A stretch of DNA of 64,000 bases, taken from positions 128 through 64,127 of the forward strand of contig CAJGDG010000002.1 in assembly GCA_904502095.1 (NCBI GenBank). The letters run 5' to 3'. Position 1 is the first letter of the stretch, and every line of letters starts with the position of its first letter. This document shows positions 34,153-42,562 of the stretch, in pieces. The notes under the pieces are model-generated. The model did no database searches and had not been told where the DNA came from. It worked only from the letters and a program-made list of their open reading frames with translations. Source of the DNA: an uncultured Alphaproteobacteria bacterium. GTDB taxonomy: Bacteria; Pseudomonadota; Alphaproteobacteria; Rs-D84. The translations under genes and the position numbers were made by a program.

Positions 34153-35460
34153 TGTCTTTGCGAACTTTCCACGCAGTGACGCTTTGTTTGCAGCAGTAAT
34201 GCAAATGTTTGCCAGGACGGGTGCGGGTGTGTTTGTGTCCGGCTTTTCAACCACGCATTGTTGCATATATGGTGTGCGATAAATCAAATGGCGGCCTGTT
34301 TTGTCGTCGCCTTCTAGTAAACATTCCATTGTTTTATCAATACAATTGATGTTGAATTCGCGTTGAATTTCGTTCAGGCAATTATCCAGCGCTGCCAGAC
34401 GCGCAGCTTTTATGTTTTCTGGAATCTGGTCTGTCATTAATGCGGCGCCTGTGTGTGGTCGCGGAGAATATTTAAAAGAATATGAATTTATATATCTGAT
34501 TTGTTGGGCGATGTTCATTGTTTGTTCAAAATCTTCGTCTGTTTCACCGGGGAAACCAACAATGAAATCTGATGAAATTTGTATGTCGGGGCGCGCAACA
34601 CGTAATTTGCGAATTATTTCTGTGTATAATTCTAATGAATAAGGTCTGTTCATGCGCGTCAAAACATCTTGCGAGCCGCTTTGAATTGGCATATTTAAAA
34701 ATGGTAATAATTTAGGCTCGACCGCGAACATATCAATTAAATCATCTGTCATTTCAGTTGGATAACTGGATGTGAATCTGATGCGTTTTACCGATTCGAT
34801 TTTTGCGGCTTCGCGGATTAAATCAGACAGTCTGTATGTCTTTCCTTTTTCGTCGGTATATTTATAACCGTTAACATTTTGCCCCAGAAAACATATTTCA
34901 ATTGCGCCTGTGTTTGCTGCGTGTATTGTATCGCTAACACAGTCTTGAAACTTTCGTGATATTTCGCGGCCGCGTGTATATGGCACAATACAATATGTAC
35001 AACAATGGTTGCAGCCTTCTTGAATTGGGATATATGCAACGGTGGGAGATTTTTCCATCTGTGGTAATTCGTCGAATTTTTCCAGGCCGCCCAAATCAAT
35101 ATTCAATAGTTTGGCGTCAGGGTTATCCAGAATTTCTGGTAATTTATGGTAAGACTGTGGCCCCAGTACAAAGTTTAAATCGGGGATTCTGCGAAACGCA
35201 TCTGCGCCCGATTCGCGCGCGACGCAACCAACAATGCCGAACAGGGCAGAGGGCTTTTTTGCACGTCTAATTCGACCAAGGGCAGAAAATACTTTATCCG
35301 TTGCTTTGGCGCGTACAGCACATGTGTTTAATATGATGATGTCGGCATCGCTGACTGTTTCTGTACGGTGCATTCCGCGGTGCTCCAACATCGCGGCGAT
35401 ACGCCAACCATCATATACATTCATTTGACAGCCAAAGGTTTGGATAAAGAATTTTTTCAT
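34144..35460 (-). CDS. miaB: tRNA-i6A37 methylthiotransferase MiaB
   Basis: N-terminal TFGCQMNVYD; radical-SAM CNHCCTYC; TRAM C-terminus. Confidence 0.88.
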   Translation of the reverse strand: MKKFFIQTFGCQMNVYDGWRIAAMLEHRGMHRTETVSDADIIILNTCAVRAKATDKVFSALGRIRRAKKPSALFGIVGCVARESGADAFRRIPDLNFVLGPQSYHKLPEILDNPDAKLLNIDLGGLEKFDELPQMEKSPTVAYIPIQEGCNHCCTYCIVPYTRGREISRKFQDCVSDTIHAANTGAIEICFLGQNVNGYKYTDEKGKTYRLSDLIREAAKIESVKRIRFTSSYPTEMTDDLIDMFAVEPKLLPFLNMPIQSGSQDVLTRMNRPYSLELYTEIIRKLRVARPDIQISSDFIVGFPGETDEDFEQTMNIAQQIRYINSYSFKYSPRPHTGAALMTDQIPENIKAARLAALDNCLNEIQREFNINCIDKTMECLLEGDDKTGRHLIYRTPYMQQCVVEKPDTNTPAPVLANICITAANKASLRGKFAKTSE

Positions 35461-35464
35461 AGTT

Positions 35465-35632
35465 TTATTTATGTTTTGTATTGTTGTATTGCTTTTGTAT
35501 GTGTTTTATTTGTGCTTGTTTATATTGTTGCGCAATATAACGTTTTTTATATCGTTCTTCTTGACGATGTATTTTTGCGTTTGCCTCTACAGCACTCATT
35601 TCGCGCAGAGTTCTAATTAAATCATTAATCAT
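35465..35632 (-). CDS. Small basic ORF orf55b (55 aa) MINDLIRTLREMSAVEANAKIHRQEERYKKRYIAQQYKQAQIKHIQKQYNNTKHK
   Basis: Hand-translated. The ATG overlaps the orf55a stop (ATGA). The stop lies 4 nt before the miaB ATG. Below the ORF-track length cutoff. Confidence 0.45.
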   Translation of the reverse strand: MINDLIRTLREMSAVEANAKIHRQEERYKKRYIAQQYKQAQIKHIQKQYNNTKHK

Positions 35633-35796
35633 TTTTGTCTTGTATTGTTGTAGTAGTGTTTTGCTTTTGCAAGTTTTACTTGTTTTACAGTGTTGTTATA
35701 ATTTCTTTTTGTTTCAACTTCGTCATGCAATTCAACCAGGCCATATACAACACCGGTAATATGATTGTTTTCAATAATAGTCAAATGTTTTGTCAT
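35629..35796 (-). CDS. Small ORF orf55a (55 aa) MTKHLTIIENNHITGVVYGLVELHDEVETKRNYNNTVKQVKLAKAKHYYNNTRQK
   Basis: Hand-translated. AAGGA SD 6 nt upstream. Starts 13 nt after the gatB stop. Confidence 0.5.
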   Translation of the reverse strand: MTKHLTIIENNHITGVVYGLVELHDEVETKRNYNNTVKQVKLAKAKHYYNNTRQK

Positions 35797-35809
35797 TTTT
35801 TATCCTTTT

Positions 35810-37330
35810 TTATGCCAATTTATTGCGTAAAATCTCGTTTACAACTGCAGGATTTGCAGTGCCGCCTGTTGCCTTCATAACATTGCCGACAAAGAAGCCC
35901 AGTAACCCAAGTTTACCAGATTTGTATTGTTCAACCTGAGATGGATTGGCGGATATTACATCGTCTATTATTTTTTCGATTGCGCCCGTGTCAGTCATTT
36001 GTTTCATGCCGAATTTATCTGCGATTTCACGTGGCGTTCCCGATTCTCCATCCAGCATTTTTATAAAGATTTCTTTGGCCTGTTTTCCGTTAACTGCGTT
36101 TTCGGAAATCATATCTACCAATTCTGCCAAATCGGATGGCGTGATGATTCGCATGCCGTCAACAATGCCGCTTTTTTCATTTAAGATGTCATAGTTTTCT
36201 GGATGCGCAAACAGTTCGCTTATCATCCAGTTAGCAACAGATTTTGCGCGTTTTGTGTTGCCCATAACCGCTGCGTCAAACCAGCGAGATATATCTGTTG
36301 TTTCTGTTAATCTGGCAGCATCATATTCAGACAGCCCGAATTCCGCCGTATAGCGCGCGCGTGTTTGTGATGGTAGCTCTGGCATGGTGCTGCGAATGCG
36401 TTCGATTTGTTCGTCGCTGATTATGACCGGTAATAAATCTGGGTCTGGGAAATAGCGATAATCCAGTGCGTCTTCTTTGCTGCGCGCGACAGATGTTGTG
36501 CCTTCGCCTTGGTTAAAGTGCATTGTGTCTTGTGAAACAGTGCCACCGTTTTCATAAATTTCAATTTGACGACGCGCTTCATATTCAATAGCAGTTTTGA
36601 TAAATTTAAACGAAACCATATTTTTTGTTTCTGTGCGGGTTCTGAATTCAGAACTGCCAACTGGACGAACTGATACATTTACGTCTGCGCGCATAGAGCC
36701 TTCTTCCATATTTGCGCGCGATACGCCCAACGCGCGTGCAATTTCACGAATTTCGCGCAGATATCTTTCGGCTTCGTCAGGGGAAGTAATATATGAGTTG
36801 TTTTCAGGATTTTTTGTGTCCAGATATGTGACAATTTCCAGCAGACCAACGCCTGTACGATTATAATCTGCAAAGGATTTTGTTGGATGTACATCGTGTT
36901 TTAATTTGCCGGCATCTTGTTCCAAGTGTGCACGTTCGATGAATATTTTTTTGGGTTTCCCATCATCGCCCATAATTTCAATCCAACCGTGACCAACGAT
37001 TGGCGCTTCGTCCGCTGGTTGTGAAATTTGATAGCCTTGGGGCAGGTCAGGATAGAAATATTGTTTGCGGGCAAAACGACTGGTGCGGGAAATTTCGGCA
37101 TTTAATCCCAATCCCATTTTTATTACCTGTTCAACACAGAATTTGTTCAGTACAGGCAACATACCTGGCATTCCTGCGTCAATCATTGAAACATGGGTGT
37201 TTGGGCTGATGCTGGGGTTATAGTCCGCAGATGCGCCGCTGAAAACCTTTGAGTTTGACAATATTTGGATGTGTGTTTCCAAACCGATTACCAATTCCCA
37301 ATCACATGTTTTGCCTTTTATTGTAAACAT
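35810..37330 (-). CDS. gatB: Asp/Glu-tRNA amidotransferase subunit B
   Basis: WELVIGLETHIQL..SK.FS and the PDLP/YFPDPDLLP motifs; 506 aa. Confidence 0.92.
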   Translation of the reverse strand: MFTIKGKTCDWELVIGLETHIQILSNSKVFSGASADYNPSISPNTHVSMIDAGMPGMLPVLNKFCVEQVIKMGLGLNAEISRTSRFARKQYFYPDLPQGYQISQPADEAPIVGHGWIEIMGDDGKPKKIFIERAHLEQDAGKLKHDVHPTKSFADYNRTGVGLLEIVTYLDTKNPENNSYITSPDEAERYLREIREIARALGVSRANMEEGSMRADVNVSVRPVGSSEFRTRTETKNMVSFKFIKTAIEYEARRQIEIYENGGTVSQDTMHFNQGEGTTSVARSKEDALDYRYFPDPDLLPVIISDEQIERIRSTMPELPSQTRARYTAEFGLSEYDAARLTETTDISRWFDAAVMGNTKRAKSVANWMISELFAHPENYDILNEKSGIVDGMRIITPSDLAELVDMISENAVNGKQAKEIFIKMLDGESGTPREIADKFGMKQMTDTGAIEKIIDDVISANPSQVEQYKSGKLGLLGFFVGNVMKATGGTANPAVVNEILRNKLA

Positions 37331-37385
37331 TTTTTCTTTTTCCCTTGCTTTTTTGTTTTTTGTATCCTAATATTCACTCCGCGTT

Positions 37386-37461
37386 GGCTAGGTAGCTCAG
37401 TTGGTAGAGCAAGGGACTGAAAATCCCTGTGTCGGCGGTTCGATTCCGTCCCTAGCCACCA
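37386..37461 (+). tRNA. tRNA-Phe (anticodon GAA), CCA encoded, antisense to the gatA-gatB spacer
   Basis: GGCTAGGTAGCTCAGTTGGTAGAGCAAGGGACTGAAAATCCCTGTGTCGGCGGTTCGATTCCGTCCCTAGCCACCA. Anticodon loop CTGAAAA. Confidence 0.92.
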
Positions 37462-37473
37462 TCTCCTTTCTTT

Positions 37474-37495
37474 CGGCCGTTGCGGTCGTTTTTTT
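37474..37495 (+). terminator. Terminator of tRNA-Phe; its T tract overlaps the gatA stop codon
   Basis: CGGCCG-TTG-CGGTCG followed by TTTTTTT. Confidence 0.65.
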
Positions 37496-38960
37496 ATTTC
37501 CCCATAATTGTTGTTGGGCGGTTGTCGATGTTTGCCGCAGATTCGATATGTTTTGCCAATTGCAATACACGCATATCGTCAAAGCGAGCACCTATAACTT
37601 GCATCCCCAGTGGCAGACCGTTTTGTGCCAAGCCACATGGTACGCTGCACGCAGGAATGCCGACCAAATTCATAGCGACGGTAAATAAATCCAGCGCGTA
37701 ATATTCCAGCGGTTTTAAATCGGACGCCAAAGACATTGCAGTTCCAGCGCTGGATGGACATACGATTAAATCACATTTCTTGAACGCTGCGTTAAAAGCG
37801 TCGGAAATCAGACGGCGAACGCGTGCTGCCTGCATAAAATATACATCGTATGATTCACTGCTTAATACGGCGGTGCCGATAATCATACGGCGCTTTACTT
37901 CGTCACCGAAACCGGCAGCACGGCTTTTGTCAAATGTGTCATATATATCATTACCTTCGACGCGCAAACCATAACGCATACCGTCATAGCGTGCCAGGTT
38001 TGAAGATGCTTCGGCTGGGGCGATTATATAATATGCCGCCAATGCGTCCAGAATGTTTGGGATAGAAACTTCTACTATTTCTGCGCCCAAGGATTTTAAA
38101 TCTGCGATTCGTTTTTCAAACAATGTTTTCATATCGTCTGAAATTTCAACATTTGCAAATTCTTTGATAACACCAACGCGCAGTTTTTTGCCGTTGCCCA
38201 AAATTGCTTCCAATGGGCCGTTGCATTTAAAGCCGTTTTTCGCACTTGTCGAATCTTTTTCGTCGTGTCCTGCCATTGCTGCCAGCATTAATGCTGCATC
38301 ATCAACAGTGCGCGCGATTGGGCCTGGGGTGTCCAAACTGGATGCGTATGCAATACAACCCCATCTGGAACATAAGCCATATGTTGGTTTCATGCCAACC
38401 ATACCTGTAATCGCAGCGGGAAAGCGAATAGAACCGCCTGTGTCTGTGCCTGTTGCGGCGATTGCCAAACCACCCGCAACAGCCGATGTTGAACCACCAG
38501 ATGAACCGCCGGCGGTTAACCGTTTTTCCATTTGCCATGGGTTAATTGGTGCGCCAAAGAAACTGGTCTTGCTGAAAGTGCCCATTGCAAATTCGTCAAG
38601 ATTTACCTTGCCCAGTAAAACTGTACCCGCATTAATCAGATTTTGTGAAACGGTCGACTCGTATTCTGGTACAAAATTTTCCAGCATTTTTGATGCTGCT
38701 GTTGTGCGAATGCCACGTGTTGCAAACAAGTCTTTCATTGCAATTGGCAAACCGTCCAACGGCAGGGCGGCGCCAGCCGCACGACGCGCATCAGATGCGG
38801 CTGCATCAGCCATGGCGCGTTCCGGTGTGACAGTGATATAGCAATTTAAATCAGCACCATATTTTTCAATGCGGTCTAAATAGTCGCGTGTTAATTCAAC
38901 TGCGCTGATTTCGCCGTTGTTTAATTTTTTTAATGCTTCGGTTAATGTTAAGTTTATCAT
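37494..38960 (-). CDS. gatA: Glu-tRNA(Gln) amidotransferase subunit A
   Basis: Amidase signature GGSSGGSTSAVA and GTDTGGSIRFPA. Confidence 0.93.
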   Translation of the reverse strand: MINLTLTEALKKLNNGEISAVELTRDYLDRIEKYGADLNCYITVTPERAMADAAASDARRAAGAALPLDGLPIAMKDLFATRGIRTTAASKMLENFVPEYESTVSQNLINAGTVLLGKVNLDEFAMGTFSKTSFFGAPINPWQMEKRLTAGGSSGGSTSAVAGGLAIAATGTDTGGSIRFPAAITGMVGMKPTYGLCSRWGCIAYASSLDTPGPIARTVDDAALMLAAMAGHDEKDSTSAKNGFKCNGPLEAILGNGKKLRVGVIKEFANVEISDDMKTLFEKRIADLKSLGAEIVEVSIPNILDALAAYYIIAPAEASSNLARYDGMRYGLRVEGNDIYDTFDKSRAAGFGDEVKRRMIIGTAVLSSESYDVYFMQAARVRRLISDAFNAAFKKCDLIVCPSSAGTAMSLASDLKPLEYYALDLFTVAMNLVGIPACSVPCGLAQNGLPLGMQVIGARFDDMRVLQLAKHIESAANIDNRPTTIMGK

Positions 38961-39349
38961 TTTGTTTTACTTTCGTTTTGTTTTGCTTTTAATACAGCGT
39001 TTGTTGTTCTGATTTGTGTTTCGCACTTTGCTTTTTCGGCGTTTAATTTTTTTATTGCATCTTCTAGTGCCCGAATTTCTGCATCAATATTTTTTGATTT
39101 GTTTTCTAGGGTTTGTTTTTGCTGTTCAAGGCCAGAAATGTCATTTGTGTTAAAACTGTTTTGTTGCAGTTTTGTAATTGCGCTTGTTATTTCTTCATAG
39201 CCCTTGGCGCCAAGTTGGCGAATGTGTTTAATAAAGTTGGAATCGCTGTAATACAGGTCTAACAAGCTTGCAACAGAATCAATACCAAATGATTTTAATC
39301 TGTTTGATGTGCGAGTAGATAAATTCAAAGAGTCTAAATCGCGTTGCAT
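38957..39349 (-). CDS. Small protein with an RNA polymerase alpha-CTD-like helix-hairpin-helix domain plus a C-terminal coiled-coil (130 aa)
   Basis: LNLSTRTSNRLKSFGIDSVASLL...IRQLGAKGYEEITSAI matches L.LS.R..N.L...gI.tv..L......l....G.ks..EI. The stop overlaps the gatA ATG (ATGA). Confidence 0.5.
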   Translation of the reverse strand: MQRDLDSLNLSTRTSNRLKSFGIDSVASLLDLYYSDSNFIKHIRQLGAKGYEEITSAITKLQQNSFNTNDISGLEQQKQTLENKSKNIDAEIRALEDAIKKLNAEKAKCETQIRTTNAVLKAKQNESKTK

Positions 39350-39358
39350 TTTTAGTCC

Positions 39359-39760
39359 TTACTTTTGTTTTGAATAATATTCAGGAAACAGGTATATACC
39401 AATAGTGCTTTGTACAAATTTGTTTGTGCATTTACCTGATTTGATATTCCCCAGACATTGTGATTTATGACATTTGCATTTGCGACCAAAAGAGCAATTT
39501 AATGTGACATGATTGTGAATGTCTGTTTGGTAAAAATATTTTTCGTTTTCATTTGTTAAACAATGTGCGATATAGCCGTTCGATAATGAACCGGATATTT
39601 GTTTGATACAGTCTGTTTTTGTAGGGTTTGACTGCGCCAATGTCTGAAACAAATTTGTGATTGTTTCTTCGCTGTGACGACCTGTGTCAATAATGTGTTT
39701 TTTAAACAGGCCTTTCGCAACCAAATATACGCGAAAAAGTTGTGGTGATTGTTTGCTCAT
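39359..39760 (-). CDS. Cys-rich hypothetical protein (133 aa)
   Basis: C-terminal cluster CSFGRKCKCHKSQCLGNIKSGKC. The ATG lies 3 nt after the gatC stop. Confidence 0.5.
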   Translation of the reverse strand: MSKQSPQLFRVYLVAKGLFKKHIIDTGRHSEETITNLFQTLAQSNPTKTDCIKQISGSLSNGYIAHCLTNENEKYFYQTDIHNHVTLNCSFGRKCKCHKSQCLGNIKSGKCTNKFVQSTIGIYLFPEYYSKQK

Positions 39761-39763
39761 TTT

Positions 39764-40060
39764 TTATTCCCCGTCTTTTACTTTGGGGACCGCGAAATAC
39801 CCGCGTGATGTTCCCGCGTTGTCAGGAGTGTTCGCCAAAACCAGGTCACGAATGTCGCCGTCTGTGACAATGTCTTCACGGACGGGCGCACCGTGTTCTG
39901 CGGGCGTTAACATTGGCTCAACACCGGCAGTGTCAATTTGTTGTAATTTGTCCAGCCATTCAACAACGGAATCGATGTTCATTTCTTCCAATTTTTCGGG
40001 TGCGATTTCGATGTGAATCAAGTGTGCAAATTTTTGTAATTGTTGCTTGCTAAATGCCAT
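39764..40060 (-). CDS. gatC: Asp/Glu-tRNA amidotransferase subunit C
   Basis: IDTAGVEPMLTP...VREDIV...YFAVPKV. ATG with AGGA SD; the ORF track extends to a TTG at 40066. Confidence 0.88.
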   Translation of the reverse strand: MAFSKQQLQKFAHLIHIEIAPEKLEEMNIDSVVEWLDKLQQIDTAGVEPMLTPAEHGAPVREDIVTDGDIRDLVLANTPDNAGTSRGYFAVPKVKDGE

Positions 40061-40097
40061 TTTCAATCCTATATTTATAAAGTAAAGGAATTATACA

Positions 40098-40547
40098 ATG
40101 ATTTTGCCAGATTTCAAGGCTTTTCCGCGCAGCGGACGCATTTTGGGAATAGATTGGGGTGTGCGCCGCATTGGTGTGGCGGTGACTGACCCCGATATGA
40201 ACTTTGTTTTTGTGCGTGATACAATTTTGTTGCCGCGTGGTGCGAAAAATCATGCTGTGTTGGTTGCAGATATTGCTGAAGTGGAAAAGGTGCACGGAAT
40301 TGTTGTGGGCTTGCCCGTGCGCGGGGACGGTTCGGAATCTGAAACAACTGTGATGGTTCGTGAATTTGTTTTGCAACTGGAAAAGGAAACAGATTTGCCG
40401 ATTTGTATGCTGGAAGAAAATTTAACATCTGTGCAGGCGCAATCTGAAATGGGGCGGACCAGGGTATCCGATTTAAAGGAACGGTTGGATTCTGAATCTG
40501 CGCGTGTAATATTGGAAAATGCGATTGCAATGATAAAACGGGCATAA
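40098..40547 (+). CDS. ruvX: YqgF/RuvX putative pre-16S rRNA nuclease
   Basis: ILGIDWGVRRIGVAVTD...IVVGLPV. Confidence 0.88.
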   Translation: MILPDFKAFPRSGRILGIDWGVRRIGVAVTDPDMNFVFVRDTILLPRGAKNHAVLVADIAEVEKVHGIVVGLPVRGDGSESETTVMVREFVLQLEKETDLPICMLEENLTSVQAQSEMGRTRVSDLKERLDSESARVILENAIAMIKRA

Positions 40548-40559
40548 AGCCCGTTTTTT
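40536..40559. terminator. Bidirectional terminator overlapping the ruvX stop
   Basis: AAAACGGGC-ATAAA-GCCCGTTTTTT. Confidence 0.75.
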
Positions 40560-41604
40560 AATCTTCTTCTTTTTTGTCGGGGATGCTTCCGTCTGCTGAT
40601 AATAAAACAGCAATCCATCTGGTGGAATCAAACTGGGCACAAATGATATATGTTGCAACCAACAGAGGAACGCTGAAAAACATACCCGCTACACCCCAAA
40701 TCATACCCCAGAAAACCAAGTTAATCAAAATAGCAAGTGTTGACAGGTTTAATGTTTTGCCGGTTAACTTTGGTTCTAGTATATTGCCAAATAATATTTG
40801 CAGTGCGATTAGTCCCACCGCTGTTAATATAGGCTGTTGTAATGTGGGGGCTGTTATTAGCGAGTATAATATTGGCAATCCGCATGCAACGATTGCACCA
40901 ATTGTTGGTATATAACTGGTGACAAAAACGATAAATGCCCAAACCCCGGCAAATTCAATCCCAATCATTTGCAGCCAGAAAAAGGATATTATCGCGGTAA
41001 TGGCGGATATGGTTGTTTTTACAAATAAATACTTTTTCATATTGTAATCGATGCTGTCCAGTATATAGCGCGATTTTTTTGATTGGCGTTTGTTTGGAAA
41101 TAATGATGCAAATTTTTGATGAAATGTGCTTTGTTCTATAAACATAAATATCATATATACAATAACCATACCCATAGATGCGGCAATTGATGCCACAGAC
41201 GAACCAATGTTTGCCGCAATTTGTGTTATGTTCGGAATCATATTGGTATCAAATTTAAATCCAATGGAATTGGAAAGGTATGTGCTGAACCCTGTCAACT
41301 TTTCTTGTAATACAGGCAATACAGAAACCAATTCGGAAAACATTGGTTTAATTTGTGTGACAAACAGGAAACCAATAAAAAACAGTGTTGCGAATGCTGC
41401 TGTATAGGACAGCAAATTAAATGCACGAAACAAAATGTTTTCTTTTTTGTTTGTCGCTGTTTTATATGGTAATACTTTGCGATAATAATCTGCAATTGCG
41501 TTCATTAAGTACCATAAAAATGCGGCGACCAGTAAGGGGATCAATATAGAACGCCCAATCCATAGCAGCAATATTAGACCAATAAAAGTAATGATTCCTG
41601 TCAT
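40558..41604 (-). CDS. AI-2E family transporter (PerM/YhhT-like)
   Basis: Eight TM helices; IGAIVACGLPILYSL and NILEPKLTGKTLNLS motifs. Confidence 0.8.
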   Translation of the reverse strand: MTGIITFIGLILLLWIGRSILIPLLVAAFLWYLMNAIADYYRKVLPYKTATNKKENILFRAFNLLSYTAAFATLFFIGFLFVTQIKPMFSELVSVLPVLQEKLTGFSTYLSNSIGFKFDTNMIPNITQIAANIGSSVASIAASMGMVIVYMIFMFIEQSTFHQKFASLFPNKRQSKKSRYILDSIDYNMKKYLFVKTTISAITAIISFFWLQMIGIEFAGVWAFIVFVTSYIPTIGAIVACGLPILYSLITAPTLQQPILTAVGLIALQILFGNILEPKLTGKTLNLSTLAILINLVFWGMIWGVAGMFFSVPLLVATYIICAQFDSTRWIAVLLSADGSIPDKKEED

Positions 41605-42536
41605 TAAATATTTCCTGTGGTTTCGGTTGTTGTTATGTCTGATATGTTTATTTGGATGTTTGCAGGGCGTTGTGGCGCAAGTGCAAAAATAGTTGAAAGT
41701 ATGATAATCAGTGCAATGTTTATAATTACAGCGGCACTAGAATACTTGCCTGGGATTTGTTTTATAAAATTCTTTTTGCCGATTTGCATTATCCAAATGC
41801 CAAATAACATAGCAAAAGAAAGCGTCAGCAATACAGAATTCAGTCCAATCCCAATGCACGATAATAATGTGATAAACGCAAATGTGACAATTGTGTTTTG
41901 CGGTGCTGTGACTGTCCATTTTATGAATCTGGAATAAATCTTAGATTTTATTGGTTGGTTGAATTGTTTGGTGGACTGTTTTGATAAAAAGTAGCCCGGT
42001 ACCCATAATGCAGAAAACCCAAACGGTATGCTGAAAACGATTTTCCAGGTGGGTATGTTAAATTCCTGTATGCGGCGGATTTTAACATACAGATTGATAA
42101 TAGAAAGTCCAACCAGATAGAAAAGAAATATTGTTGTAAAGATTAGAGCTATTAATAATACGCCCGAGTGTTTTGCTTCCAGCATCATTAATTTGAATAA
42201 AATTGTTTGGTGATTTGCCAATATCAGAAATATGGATAATCCAACAAGCGCCGAAGATAAAATTGTCTGAGATGTGTGTATTGCAACGAATGACCCCTGG
42301 TCCATTTTTGGTGATGGTAATTTTCGTACAACTAAAAATACGCTTAATAAAAAGCCTAAACCCAATAGGAAAAATAAGGGCGTTTGCGGCATTTGTGCAG
42401 GTGTTTTATATATAAGGCTTGAAATAAAAGAATAGCCAAATATTATGGCAAAAGTAAATGCCGACATAATTAAAGATGTTTTAAGTGGCGCGGTAATCGT
42501 CCACAAAGATAATGATGGTTTGGTTTGGGTTTTCAT
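41604..42536 (-). CDS. Polytopic membrane protein, unknown function (310 aa)
   Basis: Start reset to MKTQTKPS (AAGGAA SD) because the 5' 99 codons of the tracked ORF overlap sufC. About eight TM helices. TAATG overlap with the next gene. Confidence 0.6.
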   Translation of the reverse strand: MKTQTKPSLSLWTITAPLKTSLIMSAFTFAIIFGYSFISSLIYKTPAQMPQTPLFFLLGLGFLLSVFLVVRKLPSPKMDQGSFVAIHTSQTILSSALVGLSIFLILANHQTILFKLMMLEAKHSGVLLIALIFTTIFLFYLVGLSIINLYVKIRRIQEFNIPTWKIVFSIPFGFSALWVPGYFLSKQSTKQFNQPIKSKIYSRFIKWTVTAPQNTIVTFAFITLLSCIGIGLNSVLLTLSFAMLFGIWIMQIGKKNFIKQIPGKYSSAAVIINIALIIILSTIFALAPQRPANIQINISDITTTETTGNI

Positions 42537-42562
42537 AGCTATTCCTTTCCTTTGTGTTGTTT

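Noticed and set aside
38053-38841. A 262-aa ORF on the plus strand antisense to gatA (similar long antisense ORFs occur at 28337-28957, 49405-50133 and 43791-44267)
   Set aside because: They are fully embedded in well-supported genes on the other strand. They have no SD, and their Ala/Ser/Pro- or Leu/Phe-rich composition is typical of shadow ORFs.
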